Under the pieces are notes generated by a model. The model saw only the letters and a list, made by a program, of their open reading frames with translations, was not told the DNA's origin and searched no databases. 64,000 nucleotides of DNA from an uncultured Gemmatimonadales bacterium. GTDB lineage: Bacteria > Gemmatimonadota > Gemmatimonadetes > Gemmatimonadales > GWC2-71-9. Position 1 is the first letter of the stretch. Each line of letters starts with the position of its first letter. The DNA lies in contig CAVYSW010000005.1 of NCBI GenBank assembly GCA_963771275.1, forward strand, positions 122,460 through 186,459, in the 5' to 3' direction. Both the position numbers and the translations under genes were made by a program. This document shows, piece by piece, positions 1-10,055 of this stretch.

Positions 1-174
1 CGAGGGTGTGCCTAGGGGGCACCTCGGTTGTTCTGGTTGGGGAGGGGGATTGGTCCCAGGCTAAAGCCCACGCTCGACAGCGGAAGCGCGTCTTGCCGGA
101 CGCCGCCCGGCGCGCGTCTGGCGAATGGGACCTTCGGGGTGCAGGTTACCGGTGAGTGAATCCCTGAGGATCTC

Positions 175-888
175 ATGATGCTGTGCAAGGCCGCGTTCGT
201 GGGGTTGGGCGCCATCGCGTGCGGCCTCGCCTGCGGAGCCGCGCACGCGCAGGACCCACTCTGCTGGCGCGCGCGGCCCATGCCGGCGTGCACATCCTAC
301 CTCGTCACGGATCTCACCGTCGCGGCCCGTCTCGATCCGGCCCCGGGGGACGAGCGTCGCTACCTCATCACGGCCGAGCTCGGTTGGATGCGAAACGTCG
401 GGTCCCGCAACGGCGTGGGGGCGACACTCAGCATCGTCGCCCACGGCGCGCGCGATCAGTATGCCTCGATCGAGAACCTGTACCCCTACCTTGGCACCGC
501 CGTCATGGTTCGCTACCGGCGCTGGCTGTCGCCGCGCGCCGGGATCGAGCTGGGTCTCGGCACGCCGTTCTCGGCCGAGCGCGCGCTGGGCACGGTGCAG
601 CTCCCGTCGCTGCTCGGGGAGGTGAGCTTCACCTACGCCGGGCTGGTTGCGCTCACGGCGCGCGTCGAGCGCACCAGCTACGAGCAGCGCCACGTTGGGC
701 CCACCGGGACGCCCGGCGTGGGGTTCACCTACCCGCTGGGGAGCCTGCCGGCCTCCTTCCAGGTGAGCAGCCCTGACGTCGACACGGCGTGGTACTTCGG
801 CGCGAAGGTGAGTGCGCTCCCGGGCGCCCTGGGCATCGTGGCGGCGGGCCTGCTCGTCGCCGTGAGTCGGATCGCCTACTCGAGCTGA
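175..888 (+). CDS. Hypothetical exported protein, possibly beta-strand-rich outer-membrane protein
   Basis: 237-aa ORF, GAGG just upstream, signal peptide ending AHA-Q, alternating hydrophobic strands, hydrophobic C-terminal segment. Confidence 0.6.
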   Translation: MMLCKAAFVGLGAIACGLACGAAHAQDPLCWRARPMPACTSYLVTDLTVAARLDPAPGDERRYLITAELGWMRNVGSRNGVGATLSIVAHGARDQYASIENLYPYLGTAVMVRYRRWLSPRAGIELGLGTPFSAERALGTVQLPSLLGEVSFTYAGLVALTARVERTSYEQRHVGPTGTPGVGFTYPLGSLPASFQVSSPDVDTAWYFGAKVSALPGALGIVAAGLLVAVSRIAYSS

Positions 889-894
889 CAGCGA

Positions 895-1941
895 ATGCCG
901 CGCCGACCCTCCCACGTCCCCGCCGTGTCGCGCAGCCTCGCGCCGCATGCGCTGCTCGTCGCGCTGCTCGCGCTCTCCTGCCTGGACGTTGGCTCTCCCG
1001 TGCCGCCCGGGTACGAAGCGGTTGACGTGGGCCGGCTGCTGGGCTGCGGCGACAAGCGCACTTGCTGGAGTCGGGCGACTGACGTCAACGAGCGCGGTGT
1101 GGTGGTGGGCGACGGACTCCAGGCATCGGGGGAGCTGGCGGTGTATGCCGTCGAAGGCGAGCAGCGCACGGTGCTCTGGACCCGCCGGTACGGAGGTACC
1201 GACTACCCGCTCGCCCTGAACGACGCGGGAACGGTCGTGGGCATGGCGCTGCGCGACGAGCCGCCGGTCGTGCCGTACGACATCGGGGTGCGCTGGGAGA
1301 ACGGCGTCGTCACCCCGCTCGGGGTCTGGCCGTCGGACGTGAACGGCGCGGGCGCCGTCGCCGGAACCGAGGGCTACCGGGGGGCGGCCTTATGGCAGGG
1401 GGACACGCTTGTCCGACTCGGCACGCTGGCCGATCCGGACTCCGAGCCGCGGCAGCGCGTGAGCGGCGCGCTGGGGATCAATGACGGGGGCGTGGTGGTG
1501 GGGTGGAGCGAGACCGCGGACTTCACTACCCGGGCGTTCGTCTGGCAAAGCGGCGTGATGACTGAGCTTCCCACCCTGGGCGGCAGCGCGTTCGCGGCCG
1601 ACGTCAACGCCGCCGGACAGATCGTGGGATGGAGCGTCGCGCCCGACGGGAGGTCCCACGCCGTCCTCTGGGAGGGCGGCGCGATCACGGATCTCGGCAC
1701 ACTTGGCGGCGACGAGAGCTACGCGAACGGCATCAACGACCGTGGCGACGTCGTGGGTGGGGCGCAGACCGCGGCGGGTGACTTCCACGCCGCGCTCTGG
1801 CGCGGTGGCGAGGTGATCGATCTCGGCACGCTGCCCGGGTACGCCGCGAGCCACGCCTACCGGATCAACGAGTCGGGTGTCATTGTGGGCTACAGCGCGT
1901 TCCCCACGGCGCTGCGGGCGACGGTGTGGGTGCCGCGATGA
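895..1941 (+). CDS. HAF-family extracellular repeat protein (probable lipoprotein)
   Basis: Repeated xDLGTLGGxxSxAxGINDxGxVVGxS...HAxLW units; LLALSC lipobox-like segment. Confidence 0.85.
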   Translation: MPRRPSHVPAVSRSLAPHALLVALLALSCLDVGSPVPPGYEAVDVGRLLGCGDKRTCWSRATDVNERGVVVGDGLQASGELAVYAVEGEQRTVLWTRRYGGTDYPLALNDAGTVVGMALRDEPPVVPYDIGVRWENGVVTPLGVWPSDVNGAGAVAGTEGYRGAALWQGDTLVRLGTLADPDSEPRQRVSGALGINDGGVVVGWSETADFTTRAFVWQSGVMTELPTLGGSAFAADVNAAGQIVGWSVAPDGRSHAVLWEGGAITDLGTLGGDESYANGINDRGDVVGGAQTAAGDFHAALWRGGEVIDLGTLPGYAASHAYRINESGVIVGYSAFPTALRATVWVPR

Positions 1942-3373
1942 GCTCCGGAGCGACCCCGCCCGGAGCCGTTCGTCCCTCCGAGCCGTTCCAGCAGAAGGTG
2001 CAGAGCTTCTCGCGCGGGAGCCCGATGGCCGCGACGAGGTCGTCCAGCCGCTGGTAGCGCAGCGACGTGAGGCCCAGTCGCTGGCGGATGCGCTCGACCA
2101 TCGCGCCGTGGCGGGTGGAATCCGGATCCGCAAACTCGGCGAGGTGGGTGGTCTCGTCACCCTCCAGCTCGTGCACGGCCCTCCGGCCGGCGAGATCCAG
2201 CTCCGAGCTGGACCGCGAGAAGTTGAGGAACTTGCAGCCGAACACCAGCGGCGGGCACGCCGGGCGCATGTGCACTTCGCGCGCTCCGTAGTCGAAGACG
2301 CGCGTGATGATATCCTTGAGCTGGGTCCCCCGCACGATCGAGTCCTCGCAGAACAGCAGGCGCTTTCCCTCGATGATCTCGCGGATCGGGATCAGCTTCA
2401 TGCGTGCCACGAGGTCCCTGACCCGCTGGTCCTGCGGCATGAAGCTCCGGGGCCACGTGGGCGTGTACTTGACGAACGGGCGGCCGTACGGAATGCCGGC
2501 GGCGTTGGAATAGCCGATGGCGTGGCCGGTGCCCGAGTCGGGGATGCCGGCCACCATGTCCACCGTGACGTCGTCGCGTCGCGCCAGGCACTCGCCGCAA
2601 CGGTACCGCGCGGCCTCCACGTTGATTCCCTCGTAACTCGACGCGGGGTAGCCGTAATAGACCCAGAGAAAGGCGCAGATCTGCGTGCGGTCGCCCGGTG
2701 CCGCGACCGCCTCGATGCCGTCGTGCCTGATCCGGACCACCTCGCCGGGACCGAGATCCCGCACGGTCTGATACCCGAGGTTGGGCAGGGCGCAGGACTC
2801 CAGCGCCACCGCCCGCGCCCCGTCCTTCTCCCCGATCACCACCGGCGTGCGGCCCAGACGATCGCGCGCCGCGTAGATCCCTCCCTCGCTGAGCAGCAGC
2901 AGCGAGCACGACCCCTCGATCCGCTCCTGGGCGTAGCGGATGCCCTCCTCGAACGTCCGTCCCTGATCGATCAAGTGGGCGACGAGCTGGGTGGGATTCA
3001 CCTGACTCCCGGTCATCTCGGAGAAGTGCATCCCCCGCTCGTGGAGGGCCGCGGCGGCGAGGGCCTCGAGGTTGTGCACCCTGCCCACCGTGACGATTGC
3101 GTAGGTGCCGTGGTGCGAGCTGATGATGAGCGGCTGGTCGTCGTAATCGCTGATGACGCCGATCCCCATGCCGCCCTGCAGCTTCGGCAGGTCGTCCTCG
3201 AACTTGCTGCGGAACTGGGCGTTGGTGATGTCGTGAATGACGCGGCGGAATCCCGCCCCGTTCCGCACCGCCATGCCGCCCCGCATGGTGCCGAGATGCG
3301 AGTGATAGTCCGTGCCGTAGAACAGGTCCGCGACGCAGTCGTCGTGCGCCACGACGCCGAACAGTCCGCCCAC
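1880..3373 (-). CDS. purF: Amidophosphoribosyltransferase (PurF-like, variant without N-terminal Cys)
   Basis: ARDRLGRTP, GIPDSG, EDSIVRGT PRPP loop, Fe-S ligands PACPP..C and LCTFCW; GTG start giving MGGLFG. Confidence 0.85.
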   Translation of the reverse strand: MGGLFGVVAHDDCVADLFYGTDYHSHLGTMRGGMAVRNGAGFRRVIHDITNAQFRSKFEDDLPKLQGGMGIGVISDYDDQPLIISSHHGTYAIVTVGRVHNLEALAAAALHERGMHFSEMTGSQVNPTQLVAHLIDQGRTFEEGIRYAQERIEGSCSLLLLSEGGIYAARDRLGRTPVVIGEKDGARAVALESCALPNLGYQTVRDLGPGEVVRIRHDGIEAVAAPGDRTQICAFLWVYYGYPASSYEGINVEAARYRCGECLARRDDVTVDMVAGIPDSGTGHAIGYSNAAGIPYGRPFVKYTPTWPRSFMPQDQRVRDLVARMKLIPIREIIEGKRLLFCEDSIVRGTQLKDIITRVFDYGAREVHMRPACPPLVFGCKFLNFSRSSSELDLAGRRAVHELEGDETTHLAEFADPDSTRHGAMVERIRQRLGLTSLRYQRLDDLVAAIGLPREKLCTFCWNGSEGRTAPGGVAPELIAAPTPSPAAPWGTRCSPQ

Positions 3374-3583
3374 GAGCGCCCCCGAGATTGCCGCCGAGTG
3401 TGAGAGGAGAGCGATGACGATGCGCCCGGAAGCTACCCGGGCGGCACCACGGCGTCCACGAGTCCCCGTCTCTGGCGTAACGCCGTGCCGCGCTCTAGTT
3501 TCGCCCGGCCGGTCGCAGTCGGCGATCGGCTGACCACTTGGAGCTGCAGGTCGGCAAGGATCGCACGCCCGGAGGCGTCACCC

Positions 3584-6205
3584 ATGACACGCGTCGTCGT
3601 CCGCCGAGCCGTATGGCTCATGCTCGCAGTCGTCCTCGTAGCCGGAAGCGCGCCGGTCCGCGCGCAGGTTCAGGCTCCGGTTGGGATCAGCGCGGTCACG
3701 CAGGCGAACTACCGGCTCGCCGGCCGGTGGGCCCCGTACAAGAGCCGCCGGCTGGTCTACAGCTTGTCGGTTGCCCCACGCTGGATCGCGGGGAGCGAGA
3801 AATTCTGGTACCAGTGGGAGACTGCGGCGGGGACGTCCTACTACGTCGTCGATCCGGCGGCGGGCACCAAGCGGCCGATCTTCGATAACGACCGCATCGC
3901 GGCGGAGTTGACGCGCATCACGAAGGACCCCTGGGACGGCCAGCATCTCCCCATCCGGTCCATCAAGTTCATCGACGCCAACACGCTGCAGTTCGAGGTG
4001 CAGTCGTCGCAGGATGAGGAGGTCAAGGACGCGGAGGCGGAGCGCGGCCAGCAGCAGGACCAGCAGCGCGGCCAGCGCCCGGCGCGCCCGCGCCCCAAGA
4101 AGAAGGTCTTCCATTTCCAGTACGACGTCCGCACGCAGACGCTGCGCGAGCTGCCCGACTGGCAGGCGCCCGACAACCACCCGTCCTGGGCGAGCGTCTC
4201 ACCCGACGGCAAGACGGTGGTGTTCGCCCGGCGGAACAATCTCTACCTGATGACCGGTGACGCCTACACGAAGGTCCTCGACGCGCGGCGCGGCAAGGAC
4301 AGCACGCAGGCCGACAGTGCGGAGAAGAAGGTCGAGGTGGAGGAGGTCCAGCTCACCACCGACGGCGAGGAGAACTACGGCTACGGCGGTCGCGACTTCG
4401 GCGAGACGGACGTCCAGAAGGAGAAGACCAAGGACGACCGCAAGGGAGCGCAGATCAGCTGGTCCAAGGACTCGAAGCGCTTCGCGCTGATCCGGAGCGA
4501 CCAGCGCAAGGTCGGCGACCTGTGGGTGATCCACTCGACCGGCAACAAGCGCCCCGAGCTCGAGACCTACAAGTACGACATGCCGGGCGAGACGGACGTC
4601 GCGCAGCAGGACCTGCTGGTGTTCGACGTCCCGAGCAAGACCATGGTGAAGGTCAAGGCCGACCGATTCAAGGACCAGCGCCTCGGGGGCTTCACGGCGC
4701 GCCAGTTCATCTACCCCGACAGCGACGCGCCGCGGCGCGCACTCTGGCTCGCGGACAACTCGGACCAGGTGCATTTCTGGCGGCGCAGCCGCGACCAGCA
4801 CGCGGTGGACGTCTGTGTGGCGGACGCCGGGACGGGCGAGGTGAAGGTGCTGATCGAGGAGCGGCTCAACACCTACGTCGAGCACCAGAACCTCGAGCTG
4901 CTCAAGTCCGGCGACATGCTGTGGTGGTCGGAGCGGGACGGCTGGGCGCACCTCTACCGGTTCGGGCCCGACGGGGCCCTCAAGAACCGCCTCACCGAGG
5001 GCCCGTTCTCGGTGCGCGAGATCGAAGGGATCGACGAAGCCCGCGGGGTGGTGTACTTCAGCGCCAACGCGCGCGAGGCGGGCGAGGATCCGTACTATCA
5101 ACACCTGTACCGGGTGGGCCTCGACGGCCGCGGGCTGCAGCTGCTCGACCCCGGCAACTTCGACCACCAGGTCGGGGGCGGGTTCGGCGGGTTCGGCTTC
5201 GGCGGGCTGTCCGGGATGAGCGAGTCCAACCGCTTCTTCGTGGACAACTATTCCCGCGTGAACACCGTCCCGGCCTCGGCCCTGTTCGACGCCACGACGG
5301 GCCGGAAGATCATGGACCTCGCCGAGGCCGACTTCTCCAAGCTGCTCGCGGCCGGCTGGCGGTTTCCCGAGCCGTACACGGTGAAGGCGGCCGACGGCGT
5401 CACAGACCTCTTCGGGGTGATGTACAAGCCGTTCGACTTCGACTCGACGAAGCGCTATCCGATCATCGCGTACGTCTACCCCGGTCCCCAGACGGAATCG
5501 GTCGCCAAGGCGTTCAACATGGCCCCCAACGAGGTGGGCCTGGCGCAGTTCGGCTTCCTCGTGATCACCGTGGGAAACCGCGGCGGCAATCCGGCGCGCT
5601 CCAAGTGGTACCACAACTACGGCTACGGCAACCTGCGGGACTACGGCCTGGCCGACAAGAAGACGGCGATCGAGCAGCTGGCCGACCGGTACCGCTGGGT
5701 GGACATCGACCGGGTGGGGATCTACGGCCACTCGGGCGGGGGGTTCATGTCCACCGCCGCGATGCTCGTGTACCCGGACTTCTTCAAGGTGGCGGTGTCG
5801 TCCTCGGGCAACCACGAGAACGACATCTACAACCTGAACTGGTCGGAGAAGCACCACGGCATCAAGGAAGTGACGAAGGGGGACAGCACCACCTTCGAGT
5901 ACAGCATCGAGAAGAACTCCCAGCTGGCGCGGAACCTGAAAGGGCACCTGCTGCTCACGACCGGTGACGAGGACAACAACGTCCACCCGGCCAACACGCT
6001 CCGCATGGCCGACGCGCTGATCAAGGCGAACAAGCGGTTCGACTTCTTCGTGTTCCCGGGTCAGCGGCACGGCTACGGCACCATGAGCGACTACTGGTTC
6101 TGGCTGCGCTCGGAGTATTTCGTGCGGCACTTGCTGGGCGACGATCGCTGGAACGCCAACATCACCGAGCTGGACTTGGAGCGGGAGCAGACGGGAAGTC
6201 GTTAG
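3584..6205 (+). CDS. S9 family (dipeptidyl peptidase IV-like) peptidase
   Basis: GHSGGG nucleophile motif, DNNVH and terminal GQRHG; beta-propeller N-terminal region; signal peptide; GGAGG before ATG 3584. Confidence 0.92.
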   Translation: MTRVVVRRAVWLMLAVVLVAGSAPVRAQVQAPVGISAVTQANYRLAGRWAPYKSRRLVYSLSVAPRWIAGSEKFWYQWETAAGTSYYVVDPAAGTKRPIFDNDRIAAELTRITKDPWDGQHLPIRSIKFIDANTLQFEVQSSQDEEVKDAEAERGQQQDQQRGQRPARPRPKKKVFHFQYDVRTQTLRELPDWQAPDNHPSWASVSPDGKTVVFARRNNLYLMTGDAYTKVLDARRGKDSTQADSAEKKVEVEEVQLTTDGEENYGYGGRDFGETDVQKEKTKDDRKGAQISWSKDSKRFALIRSDQRKVGDLWVIHSTGNKRPELETYKYDMPGETDVAQQDLLVFDVPSKTMVKVKADRFKDQRLGGFTARQFIYPDSDAPRRALWLADNSDQVHFWRRSRDQHAVDVCVADAGTGEVKVLIEERLNTYVEHQNLELLKSGDMLWWSERDGWAHLYRFGPDGALKNRLTEGPFSVREIEGIDEARGVVYFSANAREAGEDPYYQHLYRVGLDGRGLQLLDPGNFDHQVGGGFGGFGFGGLSGMSESNRFFVDNYSRVNTVPASALFDATTGRKIMDLAEADFSKLLAAGWRFPEPYTVKAADGVTDLFGVMYKPFDFDSTKRYPIIAYVYPGPQTESVAKAFNMAPNEVGLAQFGFLVITVGNRGGNPARSKWYHNYGYGNLRDYGLADKKTAIEQLADRYRWVDIDRVGIYGHSGGGFMSTAAMLVYPDFFKVAVSSSGNHENDIYNLNWSEKHHGIKEVTKGDSTTFEYSIEKNSQLARNLKGHLLLTTGDEDNNVHPANTLRMADALIKANKRFDFFVFPGQRHGYGTMSDYWFWLRSEYFVRHLLGDDRWNANITELDLEREQTGSR

Positions 6206-6237
6206 CCGATAGCCGATAGCCGATGGCCGATGGCCGA
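6203..6237. repeat. Tandem heptamer T(A/G)GCCGA x5
   Basis: tagccga x3 then tggccga x2, beginning at the S9 gene stop codon. Confidence 0.9.
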
Positions 6238-6313
6238 CGCCGTTCCGCTGCACGCTGCACGAGGGGGGCGGGGGCGGGGTTAACGCCACCGGCCCCTCTT
6301 GCGTAGAACTGGC

Positions 6314-9300
6314 ATGCGGACGCGTCCTTCCGGGCCCCGGTGGTACCGGCTGTCGCTGGCGCTGGGCGCCTGCCTGACCCTGCGGCTCGCGGCGCCGGCC
6401 CCGGCCCACGCCCAAGCCAACGAAACCACCGATATCCTCACCGGCATCGTCGTGGGGTCGAACGGCCTGCCGCTCGCCGGCGTGATCATCGAAGCGCTGT
6501 CGCTCGAGACCCAGGTAACCCGGACCACGGTCACGGACGCCCGGGGCCGGTACGTGATCCTGTTCCCCAGCGGCGGCGGCCAGTTCCGCATGGCGGCGCG
6601 CAGGGTGGGGTACGCCCCGCAGGCGACCGTGCTGCAACGCCACGCCGACGAAGACCGGCTGGTCTGGGACCTGCAGATGCAGGAAGCGGCGTTCATGCTG
6701 GACCCGATCACGGTGACCGGCGAGGTCATGCGGGCGGTGCGGGCGCCGGATCAGCCGACTCCCGGGTCCGTCCAGCGCGTGTTCACGCCCGAGATGCTCG
6801 CCAACCTGCCGCTCGACGCGTCCGACATCGCCCTGCTGGCCGCGCTGGTTCCAGGCGCGCTGGTCATCGATGCCACCGACAGCACCTCGGCCGCGTACTC
6901 GGTGGCGGGCCAGCGCCCGGACGCCAATCAGCTCACGGTCGACGGACTGAGCTTCGGCTCGGGGCAGATGCCGCAGGAGGGCCTGCGGAACACCCGGGTC
7001 GTCACCAACACCTATGACGTCTCTCGCGGCCGGTTCAGCGGCGGCGTGATGGCGTCGACCACCCGCGGCGGGGCGAATGCCCTCCAGGGCTCGCTCAACT
7101 ACTCGCTGCGCGATCACAATCTGGCGGTCGAAGGCGACTCGGCCACAGCGTTCACTTCCGGATTCACCCAGCACGCGGTCGGGGGCGGTGTCGGCGGCCC
7201 GCTCGTGCGGAACCGGCTGTTCGCCTACTTCTCGGGACAGGTGCGGCTGCGCGCCGATCCCCAACCGTCGCTGACGTCGGCGACGCCCTCGGATCTCGAA
7301 CGCCTCGGCGTCGCCCCCGATTCGGTGAGCCGGTTCGTGGCGATCGTCGACAGCCTCGGCGCCGCGCCCGCCAGCCGGTTCGAAGGGCGGCGGTCGAACA
7401 ACAGCCTCTCCGGCATGCTGCGGGTCGACTACCTGCTGACCCCCAACCACACGCTGATGCTGCGCGGCGACCTGCAGGACCAGGGGCAGGACCCGGTGCG
7501 CCTCGGCGCGTCCGCGCTGCCGGAAACGGGCGGCGAGAGCCGGGGGAGCGGCGGCGGGCTGATGGCCGGTCTCTCGTCCCGGATCGGCGGGCGGATCATC
7601 AACGAGGGCCGGGCGTACGCGTCGACCACCACCCGGGGGAGCGATCCGTTCTGGAACATGCCGCAGGGGCGGGTCCAGGTGGCCTCGGAGCTGGCGGACG
7701 GGTCCGTCGGGATCACGACCCTGCTCATGGGAGGGAGCGCGGGGATGCCGTCGCGATCGCTGACCAGGTCGCTCGAGGTGAGTGACGAGCTGTCCTGGCT
7801 GCCGGGGGCGGCTCGGCACCGCCTGAAGCTGGGGGCCCTGTTCCACGCCGACCGGACCGAGGATCTGTCGGCCTCCAATCAGCTCGGCACGTTCGTCTAC
7901 AACTCGCTCGCCAGCTTCGCGGCTGGCCAGCCGGCGCAGTTCCGGCGCGTGCTCGACCCGAGCGAGCGGGCCAGCACGGCGCTCGAGTTCGCCGTGTACG
8001 GCGGTGACGTATGGCTGCCAAGTCGCGCGCTGCAGCTCAACTACGGGCTACGGCTCGAGCGGGGGCTCGTCAGCAATCCTCCGGCGTACAATCCCGGCCT
8101 CGACTCGAGCCTCGGGCTCCGCACCGATCGGCTGCCCGCGGAGCTCGATCTCAGCCCGCGGGCCGGCTTCACCTGGATGATCGGCGGGACGCCCGGCGCT
8201 CCACCCCGCTTCGTGGTGCGCGGCGGCGTTGGCCGGTTCCGCAGCCCTATCCCGCTCGGGCTCGTGGCGCAGGCCCAGTCCTCCACCGGACTGAACGACA
8301 CGGAATCGCTGCTCGACTGCATCGGCCCCGCGGTGCCGAGTCCCGACTGGGCGGACTACCGGACCAATCCCGCGATGATCCCCACGGCCTGCGCCGGTCC
8401 CTCCCCCGGCATCGCGCAGCGGGCACCCGCGGCCGCCGTGTTCGCGCCCGACTACGGGGCGCCCAAGGCCTGGCGGACATCGCTCGGCGTGCAGCGCAAC
8501 CTCACCACGCTGCTGCGCCTGTCCGTGGACCTGGGCTACGCCCGCGGGATCAGCCAGTACGGCTTCCGTGATCTCAACCTCGACACGGCCGGCGGATTCC
8601 GGCTGGGCGCCGAGGCCGGCCGGCCGGTGTTCGTCGACCCCGGCCAGATCGTGCCCGAGACGGGGGCGATCACGTCACGCGCGTCGCGGATCGATACGTC
8701 GTACGCGCAGGTGCTGGAGATGAACTCGGCCCTGCAGTCGGACACGAAGCAGCTCACGGTGTCGCTCGGGGGGATCACGCGGAAGGGCATCGTGCTCCAG
8801 ACGTCCTACACCTGGTCCCACGTGCGGGACCAGTCGTCGCAGAGCGTGCGATTCGGGTCCGGGCGGCTGGGCGGCACCACGACGTCGGGCAACCCCAACG
8901 TGCCGGAGTGGGGGCGCAGCGGCCTCGAGCGCCGCCACTCCTTCCTCACGACCGTGAGCTATCCGTTCGGGGCCGGCCTCGACATCACGGCGATCGGTCA
9001 GGTGCGGTCCGGCACGCCGTTCACGCCGATGGTCGCGGCGGACATCAACGGCGACGGCGTGGCGAACGATCAGGCGTTCGTGTTCCAGCCGACCGATCTG
9101 GCGGGCATGGATCAGTTGCTGCGCAGCGCGCCGGCGGGCGTGCGCCGCTGCCTCGAGCGACAGCTCGGCGCCGTCGCCGAGCGCAACAGCTGCCTGGGTC
9201 CGTGGGAAGGCTCGTTCGACCTGCAGATCAACATGCGGCCGAGCTTCTGGGGCCTGCGCGGTCGCCTGACGGCGTCGATCACGACCGTGAACCTGCTGCA

Positions 9301-10012
9301 CGGTGTGGACCAGCTGCTCCACGGGAGCGACGGGTTGAAGGGCTGGGGGATGCGCGCGCGGCCCGACGACAACCTGCTGTTCGTGACCGGCTTCGACTCC
9401 ACCGCGCTGCATTACCAGTACGCGGTGAATCAGCGGTTCGGAGCGAGCAGCGCGCAGGGCACGGCGCTGCGCCAGCCGTTCCAGATCGGCATCCAGGTGC
9501 GGATGACGTTCGGGCCGGACCGGACGCGCGACGCCCTCGCCGCCCTGCGCGGCGGCGGCCGCGGAATGGGTGGCGGGTTCGGCGGTGGCGTCGGGGGCGG
9601 CATGGGGGCCGGTGGGCGGGGTGGCGCTGGACGGGTGGCGCCCGCCGACTTCCGCGACCGGCTCCGGACCCTGCTCGTGAATCCGGCGACGATCGTGCTC
9701 GAGCGCGCGGACTCGCTCGCGCTCACGCGGGAGCAGGTGACCCGCCTCACCGCCGTACGCGACTCGCTCAGCGTGGTGAACGACAGCCTCGCCGCGACCC
9801 TGGAGCGGGAGATCGAAGAGGTCGGTGCCGGCGATCCGCGCGCGCTGCTCCAGGCGATCCGCCCGCGGATGCAGCAGGCTCAGGAGAACGCCCGCCGCAG
9901 CCTCGAGGCGGTGCGGGCGATTCTCACCTCGGCGCAATGGGACAAACTGCCGGAACGGCTGCGGAATCCCCGCCCGGCGGGGCTGGACCGGCGTCCGCCG
10001 GGTGGCGGGTGA
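6314..10012 (+). CDS. Oar-like TonB-dependent receptor with N-terminal carboxypeptidase-regulatory-like domain and C-terminal LTxxQ helical extension
   Basis: Signal peptide; TVTDARGRY; plug NQLTVDG and GRFSGGV; DINGDG; barrel end FQIGIQVRMTF followed by Gly-rich linker and LTREQ/LTSAQ motifs. Confidence 0.85.
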   Translation: MRTRPSGPRWYRLSLALGACLTLRLAAPAPAHAQANETTDILTGIVVGSNGLPLAGVIIEALSLETQVTRTTVTDARGRYVILFPSGGGQFRMAARRVGYAPQATVLQRHADEDRLVWDLQMQEAAFMLDPITVTGEVMRAVRAPDQPTPGSVQRVFTPEMLANLPLDASDIALLAALVPGALVIDATDSTSAAYSVAGQRPDANQLTVDGLSFGSGQMPQEGLRNTRVVTNTYDVSRGRFSGGVMASTTRGGANALQGSLNYSLRDHNLAVEGDSATAFTSGFTQHAVGGGVGGPLVRNRLFAYFSGQVRLRADPQPSLTSATPSDLERLGVAPDSVSRFVAIVDSLGAAPASRFEGRRSNNSLSGMLRVDYLLTPNHTLMLRGDLQDQGQDPVRLGASALPETGGESRGSGGGLMAGLSSRIGGRIINEGRAYASTTTRGSDPFWNMPQGRVQVASELADGSVGITTLLMGGSAGMPSRSLTRSLEVSDELSWLPGAARHRLKLGALFHADRTEDLSASNQLGTFVYNSLASFAAGQPAQFRRVLDPSERASTALEFAVYGGDVWLPSRALQLNYGLRLERGLVSNPPAYNPGLDSSLGLRTDRLPAELDLSPRAGFTWMIGGTPGAPPRFVVRGGVGRFRSPIPLGLVAQAQSSTGLNDTESLLDCIGPAVPSPDWADYRTNPAMIPTACAGPSPGIAQRAPAAAVFAPDYGAPKAWRTSLGVQRNLTTLLRLSVDLGYARGISQYGFRDLNLDTAGGFRLGAEAGRPVFVDPGQIVPETGAITSRASRIDTSYAQVLEMNSALQSDTKQLTVSLGGITRKGIVLQTSYTWSHVRDQSSQSVRFGSGRLGGTTTSGNPNVPEWGRSGLERRHSFLTTVSYPFGAGLDITAIGQVRSGTPFTPMVAADINGDGVANDQAFVFQPTDLAGMDQLLRSAPAGVRRCLERQLGAVAERNSCLGPWEGSFDLQINMRPSFWGLRGRLTASITTVNLLHGVDQLLHGSDGLKGWGMRARPDDNLLFVTGFDSTALHYQYAVNQRFGASSAQGTALRQPFQIGIQVRMTFGPDRTRDALAALRGGGRGMGGGFGGGVGGGMGAGGRGGAGRVAPADFRDRLRTLLVNPATIVLERADSLALTREQVTRLTAVRDSLSVVNDSLAATLEREIEEVGAGDPRALLQAIRPRMQQAQENARRSLEAVRAILTSAQWDKLPERLRNPRPAGLDRRPPGGG

Positions 10013-10055
10013 GCGCCGGCACAGCCGGCGGCGCGCCCCACCTTCGAGGATAGGC

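Noticed and set aside
5170..5216. Gly/Phe-rich insert (VGGGFGGFGFGGLSG) in the S9 peptidase
   Set aside because: Short low-complexity loop with nothing to indicate a separate function.
4199..7846. 1215-aa minus-strand ORF and similar long antisense ORFs (e.g. 29724-32987, 41514-43994, 56967-59528)
   Set aside because: Shadow ORFs opposite well-supported genes in high-GC DNA; Arg/Gly/His-rich with no recognisable motifs.
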